DNA of 62,416 nucleotides, the filler included, from Aduncisulcus paluster (lineage: Eukaryota), in NCBI GenBank assembly GCA_024181965.1. It is 3 parts of 3 records of this genome, joined end to end, with 100 filler letters (N's around TTAATTAATTAA, not from the genome) between each part and the next. Parts side by side here need not be neighbours in the genome. Positions count along the whole stretch, not along the records: positions 22,919 to 51,876 come from BQXS01010831.1; positions 51,977 to 62,416 come from BQXS01010835.1; 1 more part is not named here. The stretch is one strand, 5' to 3'. The notes beneath the pieces are model-generated. The model worked only from the letters and a program-made list of their open reading frames with translations. It was not told where the DNA came from and did not search any database. Positions 46,407 to 57,022 of the stretch are shown here, piece after piece (within the stretch, counting starts at the first letter, position 1; every line of letters begins with the position of its first letter). A program made the position numbers and the translations under genes.

Positions 46407-46693
46407 GGATCATCTAAATCACGCTTTATTATTTATCTAAATAGAGAAATAATGTCGAATAGTATTCTTATTCATCAAATACCAGAACCCAGCAATATCA
46501 TTATCAATATAAGGATTCAGCTTTGACTTATTGACTCAGACTTTGACAAAATTCCAGAGTTGAATCATCTGATCTTGGTTTCCACAAAGTTTATGCCATA
46601 AACTTTATGGTATAAAGCAATAAAGATTCTCACAAGTAGATATTATATTATATTCCTTTAATTTCTTATTTCCTGATCTCTTGAATTTTTTAT

Positions 46694-48396
46694 CTAATAT
46701 TTCCATAATTTGACAATCTTATCCCTTCCTCCACTAACGACTCCAGATCCATCGGGGGACCAATCAAGAGCAAACACTTCATCTGCGTGTCCAGGGAGAT
46801 CTGTCTTGAGTTTCTTTGCCGCTAGATCCCACAGTTTGACAGTACTGTCCTTGGAACAAGACACGAGATACCTACTGTCACTGCTCCAAGCAACTTTGTA
46901 TACAGGACCTACATGTCCTCTGAACGAACATACAAAGCGTCCTGTCTGACCGTTCCAAATCTTCACGTGGTGATCAAAGGAGGCTGAGGCAACATAGAGT
47001 CCATTGGGAGAGAATAGCACATGATTAACAGGTTGTTGGTGGCCAGTCATCCTGGCAGTGGGCTTTTTGAGGCGTTTAGTTGCAGATGGACGCCATAAGA
47101 ACAAAGTAAAGTCATCAGAACACGACACAAACACTTCTGTCCCACCACAGGCCTTAATACACTCATCATAGGCTTTCTTGGCAATTGACTGTAACTCAAG
47201 CAGTATGGCATTCTCGGCTGCGTAAAACTCATCCGTTGCTGCCGATATAGTCTTTTGTGGTTTGGCTTCTTCATCTTTTTTCACAGATTCTTCCTTCAAT
47301 GATATTTCTTTTTCTCCGAGAGATTTGTCAAGTGAAGACACTCTAGCAGTAGTTTGACGTTCAATATCACGAATTCTCCTTTGGCGAAGACGGTCCAGTT
47401 TATCGATATGTTCCCCCCATTGCCTCTTCTCACCGGGAACATAAGGACCGCACCGTAAGACATGTTCAGAACACAGGGTGATCGAGTTGACCCAATGGCC
47501 ATGACCCTTGAGGGAAGCAAGCATTGTAACAGATCCTGAGGATGTAAGGCGTGTTGTATCCCATAATTTAATGGTTCTATCCTGAGATCCTGTATATACC
47601 ACACCATTTCCACCCCATTTCACGCATGTGATGGATGCAGTGTGCCCTCCTAGGGTAGCAACACGAACTCCAGTATCAACGTTCCATATGATGGCAGTTC
47701 CATCCTTACTGCATGTGACACATCGTGTACAACGAGGGTTGAGATGGAATGGTTCCCAAGCAATTCCAGTAATAAACTTCTTATGTCCTGTGAGTTTACG
47801 AAGAGTAAGGCGGCTGCCTGTATCCCAAATGAATACTTCACTATTGACAGCTCCTGTGGCTAGCCTTCGACAATCCGGTGAGAAAGAGGCTAACTGAACC
47901 CAATTTGTGTGGCCTTTTAATATATGTTTCGTCATATTTGTATTCAAATCCCATAAACGCACTGTAAAGTCACCAGAAGCACTCGCAAGAAGTTTTCCAT
48001 TGGCAGAAAATTCGCTATGTAAAATGCTTCCAGTGTGTCCAGGCATATCAGCTCCACATCGAGTAACAGGCCGAACTCTAAATATCGCTTGAGCTTGGAA
48101 ACGTATGGTAATGTTATCTTCTGTTGTTAGTTTCTTCTCTTCAGCTGTATCTTTTAATTGATTGACTATCTCAACATCATCGATAAAGAAGGAATATGGT
48201 AAAGGATCTTCCTAAAAACACTTTAAATGAATGAAAATTCAACAAAAAAGGTGAAAAATAGGACGGAAGAACATACATTTTCGAGTAAATGATTGATTAG
48301 AGTTGTTAGTTGATCGGGAGTTGTACTGACCGGACAATCAATTTCATCTCCTATTATTTCTCCATCAATCGACTTAAACTGGACAATATAGGACAT
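46694..48396 (-). CDS. NLE1: Notchless/Rsa4 ribosome assembly WD40 protein, 2 exons (48396-48277, 48211-46694), 545 aa
   Basis: N-terminal NLE ubiquitin-like domain (IVQFKSIDGE...QLTTLINHLLENEDPLPYSFFID), WD repeats, AWEPFH, GHGHWVN, RMTGHQQPVN and DLPGHADEVFALDWSPDG. The 65-nt GTATGT..TAG intron 48276-48212 is phase 0. Confidence 0.95.
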
Positions 48397-48584
48397 AGTG
48401 GGCCTTAAAGCGAAGGAAAATGAAGAAAGCGAAGGATTTCTTCGGGTAGAAATTTCAATGCAATATTAATAGTAAAAATCACAATTAAACTCATAATAAA
48501 GGAGAATTTTTGAACTTATAATAGCTTTATAGTTGTTTATAAAACTAAAAATGAATTTGGCGCTTTTTCTGCGGGATTGGTCCC

Positions 48585-51239
48585 ATGAAACCTCAAAGAA
48601 ATTTATCAGTTAATATAAAAAATAACAAAAAGTCTATCTTTTCTTCCCCGGTAGATTTTTCCAAACCTACAAGGCGCGCCATTATTGAACAGCAAAAAAA
48701 AGAGAGGCAAGTCTCAATTGATCGAGGAAAAGATTTATTAGAAAGAATTTTGAAAGCAGAAGGTACGACAGCAGAACAATTATATCAAATAGCCAGTGAA
48801 ACACAAGAACCTGAAAAACAAGATAAAAAAAGGGTCAATCCAGTTTCATATATTATTCCTCCGGAAGAAAATCAAGATCTATCCACTTCACAATTCATTA
48901 AGAGGGCTGAATGCTGTCGAGATGTGTTTGATTCCGTATATCCTGGATCAGCAACTGAAAGGAGAGATGAAGTTCTTGATAGAATAGCAAAAACAAGTGA
49001 TATTCAAGTATTAGAAGATATTGATAAGGATTTATTTTCCTCTCCGAAGAAAGACAAACCACCTCCCAAACAACAAATAACAATATCTGAAGAACCTTCA
49101 AAGACCAAACCACCTCCTAAGGCCGTTCCAAAGGCTAAATCAAAATCGGTGCCCCCTCTTCTCTCTTTGGCGATTATTCCTTCAACTGTCATGTATTATC
49201 GACCATCATCCTCCCTCTCTGAGTCTTCAGGTGGACCCTCAATGGATGAAATATCTGTGAAGCTTCGTATTCGAGTTCGATCATGTTCCCCGATTGAGAT
49301 TGAAGGAAAAGGTTTAGAATCTGACAAGAATGTTGTCAGGGTCCATTTCCCCCGAACCCACATTGTATTCAACCTTCCTCCTGCGATATCCTGGGCCCTT
49401 GTCCAACCTGAATTGTCTGAGGAAGAGCTTGACAAGTACCCCAGTGCATGCATTGAAGTGTGGGAGAAGAAAGCTCCGGGTGCAACTACTGTCCCAACTA
49501 AGTCTGAATCGCAGACCATGATCACTGCCGGTACTGTAGATGTTTCTCCGTTCATCTTTTGTGGTGTTGCTGTTGCTCCTCTTCCGAGCCACCATTCAAG
49601 GTATTGGTCGTCGTGCATTATGAGCGGGAACTGTGCCGTGATGGATAGACCCTTATGTTTGACCCATCCAGATTATCTTGCCTCCCCAATGATGCAAGAA
49701 CGTTCCCTTCTGTCGTTTATTGCTGTTAAAGTGATTGTCGGTGGAACGAGAGCCGTGCGAAAGTATGTAGCCGATATTGATGAAATGAAACGGCGTGAAA
49801 CACTAGCCGAGATGAGAGAAAAAGATCAGTCTGCTCCATTAGATCAGCAAATGCGTAGAATCACCATCAGTCGCATTGAAAGGAGAAGAAGAGAGGTTGA
49901 TCTTGAAGAAGAGAGGGAGAGAGAAATGGAGCGAGTTCGTCGTGAGAAAGACAGAAAGAGACTTCTTGAGGAACGCGAAGAAAGAGAGAGAAGAGCAAAG
50001 GAAGAGGAATCCTTGCGCTTGCACCAAACAATCTTTGTATCTAGACTTTCTAATAAGGACGTTGGGCATGATAAACCTCCACTCGATCCCCGGCGTGGTG
50101 TGTTTTCTTCCTCGTGTCATATGCGTGCCTCTCAGGAGCCCGATGATCTGGATATTGATGAGGGAAAAGATGGGCATGACGACATAAGTCAATGTTCAGC
50201 CAGAGATCTTCATCGAAAGGAGATACCCAGTACTCAGAGACATCCAAAAGTCCTTCGTTCTCAGCGTAATATGTCTTCTATTCTCTCCTCTTTCTCCCTT
50301 TCAATATCTATTGTGGAATGCATCCGTACTGAGGCCATCATGGATGAAAAGATACGGGTCAAAGCCAGACTTTCCGAGTTGTCTGAAAGTTCGCTTGATA
50401 TTGGTTGTATTGGAGATTGTGTTGGGGATTCCTTGACGGTTGACGCTGAAGGATCATGCGAGGTTGGACTTAATCATATATTTGCTCTCCCTTTCCTTCC
50501 CTCACTCCTCAGTCGTTCATCTGAACCTATGCGAAAATCCATGTCTTCTTCTCTGTCCGATCGTGAATCAATCCGTTTTCTACTTTCTCACATTGGTCTC
50601 GAACTAAATTTAGAAAAACAAGATGCCTCATATGTTCGGAAACAAGGCATAGAATCCTGGAGAGAAGATGATTATATGGCATATTCCAACATTGGTCAAT
50701 GTGTTATTCCATTATTTTCATTGACCGTTCTGCCTGAACTTAATGGTTGGTACAATTGGGACAAAGGTGGACAAGTGAATGTAAAGCTTCATATTACCCC
50801 TTCTCTTGGAATATCTAATTGTGGCATGGGATCAGTCTTTTCACCGCCGACTCTCTCTTCAACTTTACTGTCAACGTTGGGATCATCGTACAACTGCAAT
50901 CCATCATCTGCTGAGAATATAAATGCCACAGCTCCATCTTTGGTAGTATCTAAGCATTTAGAATCGGCACAAATGTCAGCTCCAGCTTCAAGGGAAATTG
51001 ATATTTGTGCCGATGAACCCATTGAAGAGAAAGAGAGAGAGGAGCAAGAAGAAGAAGCGAAAATTGAAGCGAAGGCTAGAATATTAACACAGCGTCTTAA
51101 AGATCTTCACAAATTCTCTATCGAACGTGTTTTTCAACAACATGTTCCTGAACTCGAACAAATCAAACGAAAAGCTGGCTTGTTACATGATCCTGAAGAA
51201 TATAACGAAGATTCAAAATCCTCAGATTCATTTTTTTAG
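48585..51239 (+). CDS. 884-aa C2-domain/coiled-coil protein, C2CD3-like (centriole/basal body) candidate
   Basis: Two C2-like blocks (ACIEVWEK...FCGVAVAPL; IGQCVIPLFSL...LNGWYNW...GQVNVKLHITP, resembling the last C2CD3 C2 domain) separated by an ER-rich coil. Confidence 0.55.
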   Translation: MKPQRNLSVNIKNNKKSIFSSPVDFSKPTRRAIIEQQKKERQVSIDRGKDLLERILKAEGTTAEQLYQIASETQEPEKQDKKRVNPVSYIIPPEENQDLSTSQFIKRAECCRDVFDSVYPGSATERRDEVLDRIAKTSDIQVLEDIDKDLFSSPKKDKPPPKQQITISEEPSKTKPPPKAVPKAKSKSVPPLLSLAIIPSTVMYYRPSSSLSESSGGPSMDEISVKLRIRVRSCSPIEIEGKGLESDKNVVRVHFPRTHIVFNLPPAISWALVQPELSEEELDKYPSACIEVWEKKAPGATTVPTKSESQTMITAGTVDVSPFIFCGVAVAPLPSHHSRYWSSCIMSGNCAVMDRPLCLTHPDYLASPMMQERSLLSFIAVKVIVGGTRAVRKYVADIDEMKRRETLAEMREKDQSAPLDQQMRRITISRIERRRREVDLEEEREREMERVRREKDRKRLLEEREERERRAKEEESLRLHQTIFVSRLSNKDVGHDKPPLDPRRGVFSSSCHMRASQEPDDLDIDEGKDGHDDISQCSARDLHRKEIPSTQRHPKVLRSQRNMSSILSSFSLSISIVECIRTEAIMDEKIRVKARLSELSESSLDIGCIGDCVGDSLTVDAEGSCEVGLNHIFALPFLPSLLSRSSEPMRKSMSSSLSDRESIRFLLSHIGLELNLEKQDASYVRKQGIESWREDDYMAYSNIGQCVIPLFSLTVLPELNGWYNWDKGGQVNVKLHITPSLGISNCGMGSVFSPPTLSSTLLSTLGSSYNCNPSSAENINATAPSLVVSKHLESAQMSAPASREIDICADEPIEEKEREEQEEEAKIEAKARILTQRLKDLHKFSIERVFQQHVPELEQIKRKAGLLHDPEEYNEDSKSSDSFF

Positions 51240-51258
51240 AAGACCAATGATATTTTGA

Positions 51259-51846
51259 GTATTTTCGATTTCAAGGAATATTCCACGTGCTAGAGAAAAC
51301 ACTTTGTCACCAGCCAGATCAACTCCTCTCATACACAAGAGTGTCCCGGGTTCAATCCGCGATGGAACCGTTATTTCTTCGTATAATTCGGGATATTTGC
51401 TGGGCATTCTGAGCATTAATCCTGATTGCATTTCCTGTGGTGACATTATGAGTGAGCGGACATTGTCGAAGATATGTATGGAAATTATGGGCAATTCACT
51501 GCGTTATGGTCTTCGTGTGTTTGAAATACCGGCTTGTTTTGTTCTGACGATCAACGAATGGATGGATTGTCTCCCGAGTGGGTTTTCTGCTCAGCAAAAG
51601 GGGAAAGACCTTCCAAAGACCTGTTTGTTGGAAGGTGAAATAGCTTTGACAACGTCTAAAAATATCACAAAACTATATTCTGACGAACTATCGGCCCTTC
51701 AAGAGATCAAAGAAAGTGCTAGCATTGGTGCTGAGAGTCCCATGTGGGGAGGTCGTCAAATCTCCTCCATTCAAGTCGATGGAACTCAATTCCTTTTTAC
51801 TGTAGCCTCCGACTCAATGGACATAGAAGGTGAAGGGATCGAATAA
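51259..51846 (+). CDS. Hypothetical protein (open frame of 196 codons, start unclear)
   Basis: Open from 51259 to TAA at 51844-51846. The first in-frame ATG is at 51448; an upstream in-frame ATG at 51247 is blocked by TGA at 51256. No recognisable motif. Confidence 0.4.
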   Translation, partial: VFSISRNIPRARENTLSPARSTPLIHKSVPGSIRDGTVISSYNSGYLLGILSINPDCISCGDIMSERTLSKICMEIMGNSLRYGLRVFEIPACFVLTINEWMDCLPSGFSAQQKGKDLPKTCLLEGEIALTTSKNITKLYSDELSALQEIKESASIGAESPMWGGRQISSIQVDGTQFLFTVASDSMDIEGEGIE

Positions 51847-51876
51847 AGTATATTTGGGTCTCAGAGGATCAGATAT

Positions 51877-51976
51877 NNNNNNNNNNNNNNNNNNNNNNNN
51901 NNNNNNNNNNNNNNNNNNNNTTAATTAATTAANNNNNNNNNNNNNNNNNNNNNNNNNNNNNNNNNNNNNNNNNNNN
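51877..51976. other. Artificial contig-joining spacer (N44-TTAATTAATTAA-N44)
   Basis: Linker at 51921-51932. Confidence 0.97.
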
Positions 51977-52007
51977 ACATCATCATTTGTCAACAAAACA
52001 GTCAACA

Positions 52008-53552
52008 ATGCAATTGAAAGCATTTGTTTTGATTATTTGTCTTCTCATGTCCGCTAGTTCCGTGCTCGCTGTCACCAAAGAACATCGTAATCTTATTGAA
52101 CTTTCTTCCAGACCATTCTTCTACAAACTCTCTCAACAATACGGATACGATATTAATTTCTCCAATTGTCCAACTGAGGTCTGGAAACACTATCAATCTT
52201 ATGGTATTACTGATATTTATTTCCTTGGTGTTTGGGAACTTGGAGAATATGGCCTTGAACACGACCGTACAGATCCTGGAGACATTTCTTCCTACGAAGA
52301 ATGGCTTCCAGATTACACCGAAGATGATATCATCGGCTCTCCTTTCGCCGTTGTATCTTATTACACCTTAAATCCCGTTCTTGGTACTCTCGACGATTTG
52401 GCCAGTATTCGTTCCTATCTTAACAGTATCGGTATTCGTGTGTGGCTTGACTTCGTTCCCAACCATAGTGCTGTCGATTCCGTTGATATGGACAATGACC
52501 GTGAATATTTCGTTACTCTTCCCGATGGATGGACATTAGACCCAACTTATTGGCTTGATTGTGGTGTAGCCTATGGTAGGGATAAATACGGTTCTATTTG
52601 GACTGACACTGCTCAATACAACTATTGGAACCCCGATCTTGTCAATCACCGTATCGAAGAACTTAAATTCATCGCTCAGTATGCTGATGGATTCAGATGT
52701 GACATGGCTATGCTCATTTTGAATGATGTTATTGCCGATATCTGGGGAGACACAATGTCTGCGAATGGATACTCTCGCCCATCCTCTGAGTTCTGGGATA
52801 CGGCCATTTCCGCCGTGAAATCCGTCTATCCCAACATTGAGTTCATGGCTGAGCAATACTGGAATGAGGATTATGCCCTCCATGACCTTGGTTTTGATTA
52901 TTGTTACGACAAAGAAGGTCTCCACGATGTTCTTGCCAATGGGGATCTCGATGATATCCGTTCATATATCTGGGGCAGAGACCAAGACCTCTACTGGGGA
53001 ACTCACTTCATTGAGAACCACGACGAGGATCCTGCTGTCGATGTTTTCGGTTCTGTTACCCGTGCAGATGCCGCTGGTTTTGTTACATTCTTGTTGCCTG
53101 GAATGAAGTTCCATTTCGAGGGTCAATGGGAAGGACTATCCGAGAAGCTCCTTGTCCAGCTCAGACGTAGAGAGGAGGAGCCTAATTCTGACGAAGCCAT
53201 GAACTTTTATTACACTCGTTTGTTGCCCATCTTGAGAGATTATGAATACCTCTATTCTGGCGATTTCACTCCTGTTTCCGTCAGTGGTACCGACTCTTGG
53301 AGATTGCTTGCCTGGAGGTTTGATGGACCTGGTGAGAGTATTTTGGTTGTTGTGAACTACAGTGACACTTATGGCGATGGAAATATTATCATTGACAATG
53401 CTGCCAGTGATGATAGCGGCAATGTTCAGTTGGATGAAGTCGTCATGGGAGATGTTTATTCAAGGAGTGTATCAGATCTTGAGAGTTCTGGATTGTGGGT
53501 TGGAATTGATGCTTGGTGGGCTCAAGTATTCGTATATGATAACACTGAATGA
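52008..53552 (+). CDS. Secreted alpha-amylase-family glycoside hydrolase (GH13)
   Basis: Signal peptide MQLKAFVLIICLLMSASSVLA. Conserved regions WLDFVPNH, DGFRCDMA (nucleophile Asp), FMAEQYW (acid/base Glu) and FIENHDE. Confidence 0.93.
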   Translation: MQLKAFVLIICLLMSASSVLAVTKEHRNLIELSSRPFFYKLSQQYGYDINFSNCPTEVWKHYQSYGITDIYFLGVWELGEYGLEHDRTDPGDISSYEEWLPDYTEDDIIGSPFAVVSYYTLNPVLGTLDDLASIRSYLNSIGIRVWLDFVPNHSAVDSVDMDNDREYFVTLPDGWTLDPTYWLDCGVAYGRDKYGSIWTDTAQYNYWNPDLVNHRIEELKFIAQYADGFRCDMAMLILNDVIADIWGDTMSANGYSRPSSEFWDTAISAVKSVYPNIEFMAEQYWNEDYALHDLGFDYCYDKEGLHDVLANGDLDDIRSYIWGRDQDLYWGTHFIENHDEDPAVDVFGSVTRADAAGFVTFLLPGMKFHFEGQWEGLSEKLLVQLRRREEEPNSDEAMNFYYTRLLPILRDYEYLYSGDFTPVSVSGTDSWRLLAWRFDGPGESILVVVNYSDTYGDGNIIIDNAASDDSGNVQLDEVVMGDVYSRSVSDLESSGLWVGIDAWWAQVFVYDNTE

Positions 53553-54365
53553 AAATTGTTCATGAATGGATCTTTCTCCATCGTTATTGTTTGAATATTA
53601 CGAATCGCAAATTCTTTTTTACAATTTTAAACTAGATATAAATTTTTGTTTTTCTTGAAACAAATGATTCTTATTTTTCATTTCAATTCTTTCGGCTTGA
53701 ATGAACATTATTCGATCTAACCTGGATGAAAATTTCGATATTTTCCAAGTTATCTAACGTCGTTCAGTGACTAATAGTTTCAAGTTTATGTTCATCTTCC
53801 ACTCAAATATAATAATAAATTTTACTTGTCAAATTATCTTCTTTATATCCTAAATAGAAATTTCAAATTAAAAGTAGAGAGAACCGATTATTGGTATGAT
53901 GGAGCGAATTGCAGAAAAGTTGTCAATTTGCCGGCGAAATAGAAAATCTATTTTGTTTGTATCGCATTTACATGAAATAATAATTATATAAGATTTGAAA
54001 TCAAAACTATTTCAGATATAATATCATAAATGTCTTCCCAACCTTTTTTATTCGTTCTAAATATATGGCAATCAAAAAAATGTTGATCAGTGCCACTGGC
54101 GGCCAGTATAGTGATCACATCCACAAAAGAGGAATGAGATCTTTATCATATCTCGTGACACAATTCCGAGCTTAATCCGAAGTTTTATTCACAATAATGG
54201 ATCTAAATTTAGATAAAGAGTTGTCTCGAACATAATGAAACTTTTTTTTTTTTTTTTTTAAGCACTTTCCAATCACAGAACTCAAGAAATCTTGATTCAA
54301 GATTGATAATAATTAAGATGATGATAATAAAAACATTTTAAGGTCAAATTCAACTTACGATATTT

Positions 54366-55658
54366 CTATTTTGGGAAATCGTCTTGGTACGTTGTAGCAG
54401 AGTGGAATTCTCTTGTCCCCAGCATAATGTGACTCCGACGAATATCATCTTGGGCTTCCTTGGCAATAGGGTTAACATCGAGATCAAATTTCTTAAAAGT
54501 GTCGGTATAACTCGTCCGACAAGCCACTTTGTCTGTTCCCATCGTAATGTGACTTCTACGCAGATCATCAGCAGCCTCTTTGGCCATGGGATTCGAATCA
54601 GCGGGCTTGCCTTGGAAACTGAGGTGGGTTTCACTCTTCCAGGTCATGGGATCGCCTGAATTCACAGCAAATGAGGACATACGTGTGCGATCTTTCTCTC
54701 TGGCTGATGGAGGCAAGACATGGCGAACGTGTTCGGCAATAATTTGTTCCCTATCAACTCCATAACACTCTCCAGTCACAGATTTGGGATCAACTTTCAT
54801 GTGACCAAGGACAATGGAACTGCTCCTCAAGTTTGAAGCCGATTCACTCTCTCCTTTCCCAGGGACGAGCTTAGTATCGAGTTGACGAGAGAAGAAACTC
54901 TGACCATACGTGGTGGACATTGTCCGATCTCCAACCTTGAGATCATTGGGACTTTCGACGTGGGCGTGAGGTTTGAACGATGTGGCTCTAATCTTATCCA
55001 TGTCAATATCAGATGTTGGAGCAATCTTGACCTTCTGACGAGGGATGCGTGTGGGGACACCATCAATCTCTTTGATAACCTCTTCATATTCACCACCTCG
55101 ACCAAATTGATCAGCATAAAGCGTATCCCAATGGCCTTTATCTCCGCCCATTGTGATGTGACTGCGACGAATCTCAGTAGGATCGAACTCATCTCCGCCA
55201 GGAATACCTCCAGCACAAGGAACACGGCGAGTTTTAGAAATATCTTCATCTTTCATACCTTTTCCTTGGGTCATACCATAGCAAGTACTCTCGCGACCAA
55301 GAACAGGAACACGATCAGCCAAGACAATGGAAGATTGACGAATCTGGCCAGGAAGAAGACCAATTGTTCCAGCACATGGAGTTTTTGCAGATTTTTCGAG
55401 AAGTTCCTTCTCTTTTTCAGCAAAAGTTGACTTATAGATAGAACATCCCATTGGTTGATGACTAGTATCTGCTGCTAAATTAATTGATGACTGTCTTAAT
55501 ATTTGTGGATCTGTACTATCCATGGCTGCTTTGCCAGAGAATCCTGGGTGAGAATAATGGGAAAATGACCGTTTGAACTGGTCTTTTTCATCTTCAGTCA
55601 ATTGATCACTGTCAGCAGCAAGTATAATACTTGTTCCGCGAATAATTTGTTCTGACAT
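54366..55658 (-). CDS. 430-aa repeat protein, probable axonemal microtubule-inner protein (SAXO/TEX45-like)
   Basis: Eight repeats of [IL]R.S[SH][IF].[LM]G-type (LRQSSINLA, IRQSSIVLA, IRRSHITMG, IRATSFKPH, LRSSSIVLG, TRMSSFAVN, LRRSHITMG, IRRSHIMLG), most followed by a [ST]T[YF]-like Mn-type motif. Confidence 0.6.
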   Translation of the reverse strand: MSEQIIRGTSIILAADSDQLTEDEKDQFKRSFSHYSHPGFSGKAAMDSTDPQILRQSSINLAADTSHQPMGCSIYKSTFAEKEKELLEKSAKTPCAGTIGLLPGQIRQSSIVLADRVPVLGRESTCYGMTQGKGMKDEDISKTRRVPCAGGIPGGDEFDPTEIRRSHITMGGDKGHWDTLYADQFGRGGEYEEVIKEIDGVPTRIPRQKVKIAPTSDIDMDKIRATSFKPHAHVESPNDLKVGDRTMSTTYGQSFFSRQLDTKLVPGKGESESASNLRSSSIVLGHMKVDPKSVTGECYGVDREQIIAEHVRHVLPPSAREKDRTRMSSFAVNSGDPMTWKSETHLSFQGKPADSNPMAKEAADDLRRSHITMGTDKVACRTSYTDTFKKFDLDVNPIAKEAQDDIRRSHIMLGTREFHSATTYQDDFPK

Positions 55659-56229
55659 AACAAAATATACTTATAAATTTTAAATGAGGTTACGTGTTGT
55701 GGACAAACGCACTGCCAAAAAAAATTGGATCAAAAACAACGAATATCACAATAACATGAAATATTTCCTGGGTACTTTTGTTCATTTATTTCAGATTAAA
55801 GATTTTTCGATTTGTTTGACGATTTCTATCTGTGTTGGAATCACTCAAAATCCAGCCGAAAATAGTTTTGGAATATTTTTCCCATTTCCTTTTTTTCTTG
55901 CCATAAAATGGAGAGTGTATTTATATACTCTTCATTATCATAGTCCTTGATGACAATGTCGCCCCAATGGCTAGTTCTTCGATGACCATTCGACTATAAC
56001 TGACGGGCTTTGAATATCTTATAATTTAAGGTTACTTCTTCTTTATTTAGAGAGTGTATAATGCTTATATTCGCTAAGGGATTATCATTTACAATATTTT
56101 TATTCATTCATTTTATCTATTTTGTTTATTTCGTATGATAAAATTGTGATCAAGGGCATTCAAGGCTCGCTATCAAGATCTATATTATTCAAAAATAAGT
56201 GATTGGGGACATTCAACTGAGATAGAAAT

Positions 56230-56807
56230 TTACTTTTTCTTGGTTTTCTTGCGTTTTTTTGAGCTTTTCTTGCTTGAATGCTTCTTTTTTTCAGGCTTTC
56301 CCACATTTCCCATTCCCTTATCAGGTCTTCGTCTTTCCTTTTCTTTCATTTTAAAATCTTTGACATTAACGACATGACTTTTTAAATCAATGTCTTCAAC
56401 TAAAATACTTACTTTTTTACCTCTGTGATCAATCTTCTTCCCTTGATCTTCAATAACACTTTCTTTCTTAGCCGGTGTTTCCTGTCCAACTGGTACAATT
56501 CCTACTCCTAAATAGGATGCTAGATGTGCGGGAATATGAACACGTTGCTTCGCCAATTTCTTCTCCTTTAATTTCTCTTGACGTATTTCTAATTTGTTTT
56601 TCTTTTCAAGATTTTCCTGAAGCTCTTTGGCTTTTTGTCTTCTCAAATCTTTTCTTTTCTTAAATCCTGTGATAAACTCACTTGAAGTTGAAATAGTCGT
56701 ATAATACGAAATAAAGAAAATACAACATTAAATATCCACAATAAATATAAAACATACAGCCTTGAGCTCTCATCATAGATGATATTTCCCTTTTTATCTT
56801 TTCCCAT
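56230..56807 (-). CDS. RRP17: Rrp17/NOL12 (Nop25) nucleolar protein, 2 exons (56807-56758, 56680-56230), 166 aa
   Basis: The spliced N-terminus IIYDESSRLEFITGFKKRKDLRRQKA matches the family motif FD...R.EYLTGFHKRK..RR. 77-nt GTATGT..AAG intron 56757-56681; lysine-rich tail. Confidence 0.88.
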
Positions 56808-57022
56808 TGCAAAATCGTTGATTTCAGATAATTGATACGTAAATCCTTATGATATCTTATAATATATCATTAAGCAGAGGTTATTTCATCAAAAATATTA
56901 TTTAAAATTATTTTAATTGTTATACACTCTTATTCTCGATGATTTCCCATGTTTTCAGAACCTATTAGTTTTTCTTCTGAATCTTTGAATTATAAAAATT
57001 TAATTTTCAATATTATATCTAT

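Noticed and set aside
54242-54259. T18 run (A18 about 107 nt downstream of the SAXO-like gene) as a retrocopy tail
   Set aside because: No target-site duplication seen, and intronless genes and A/T runs are common here.
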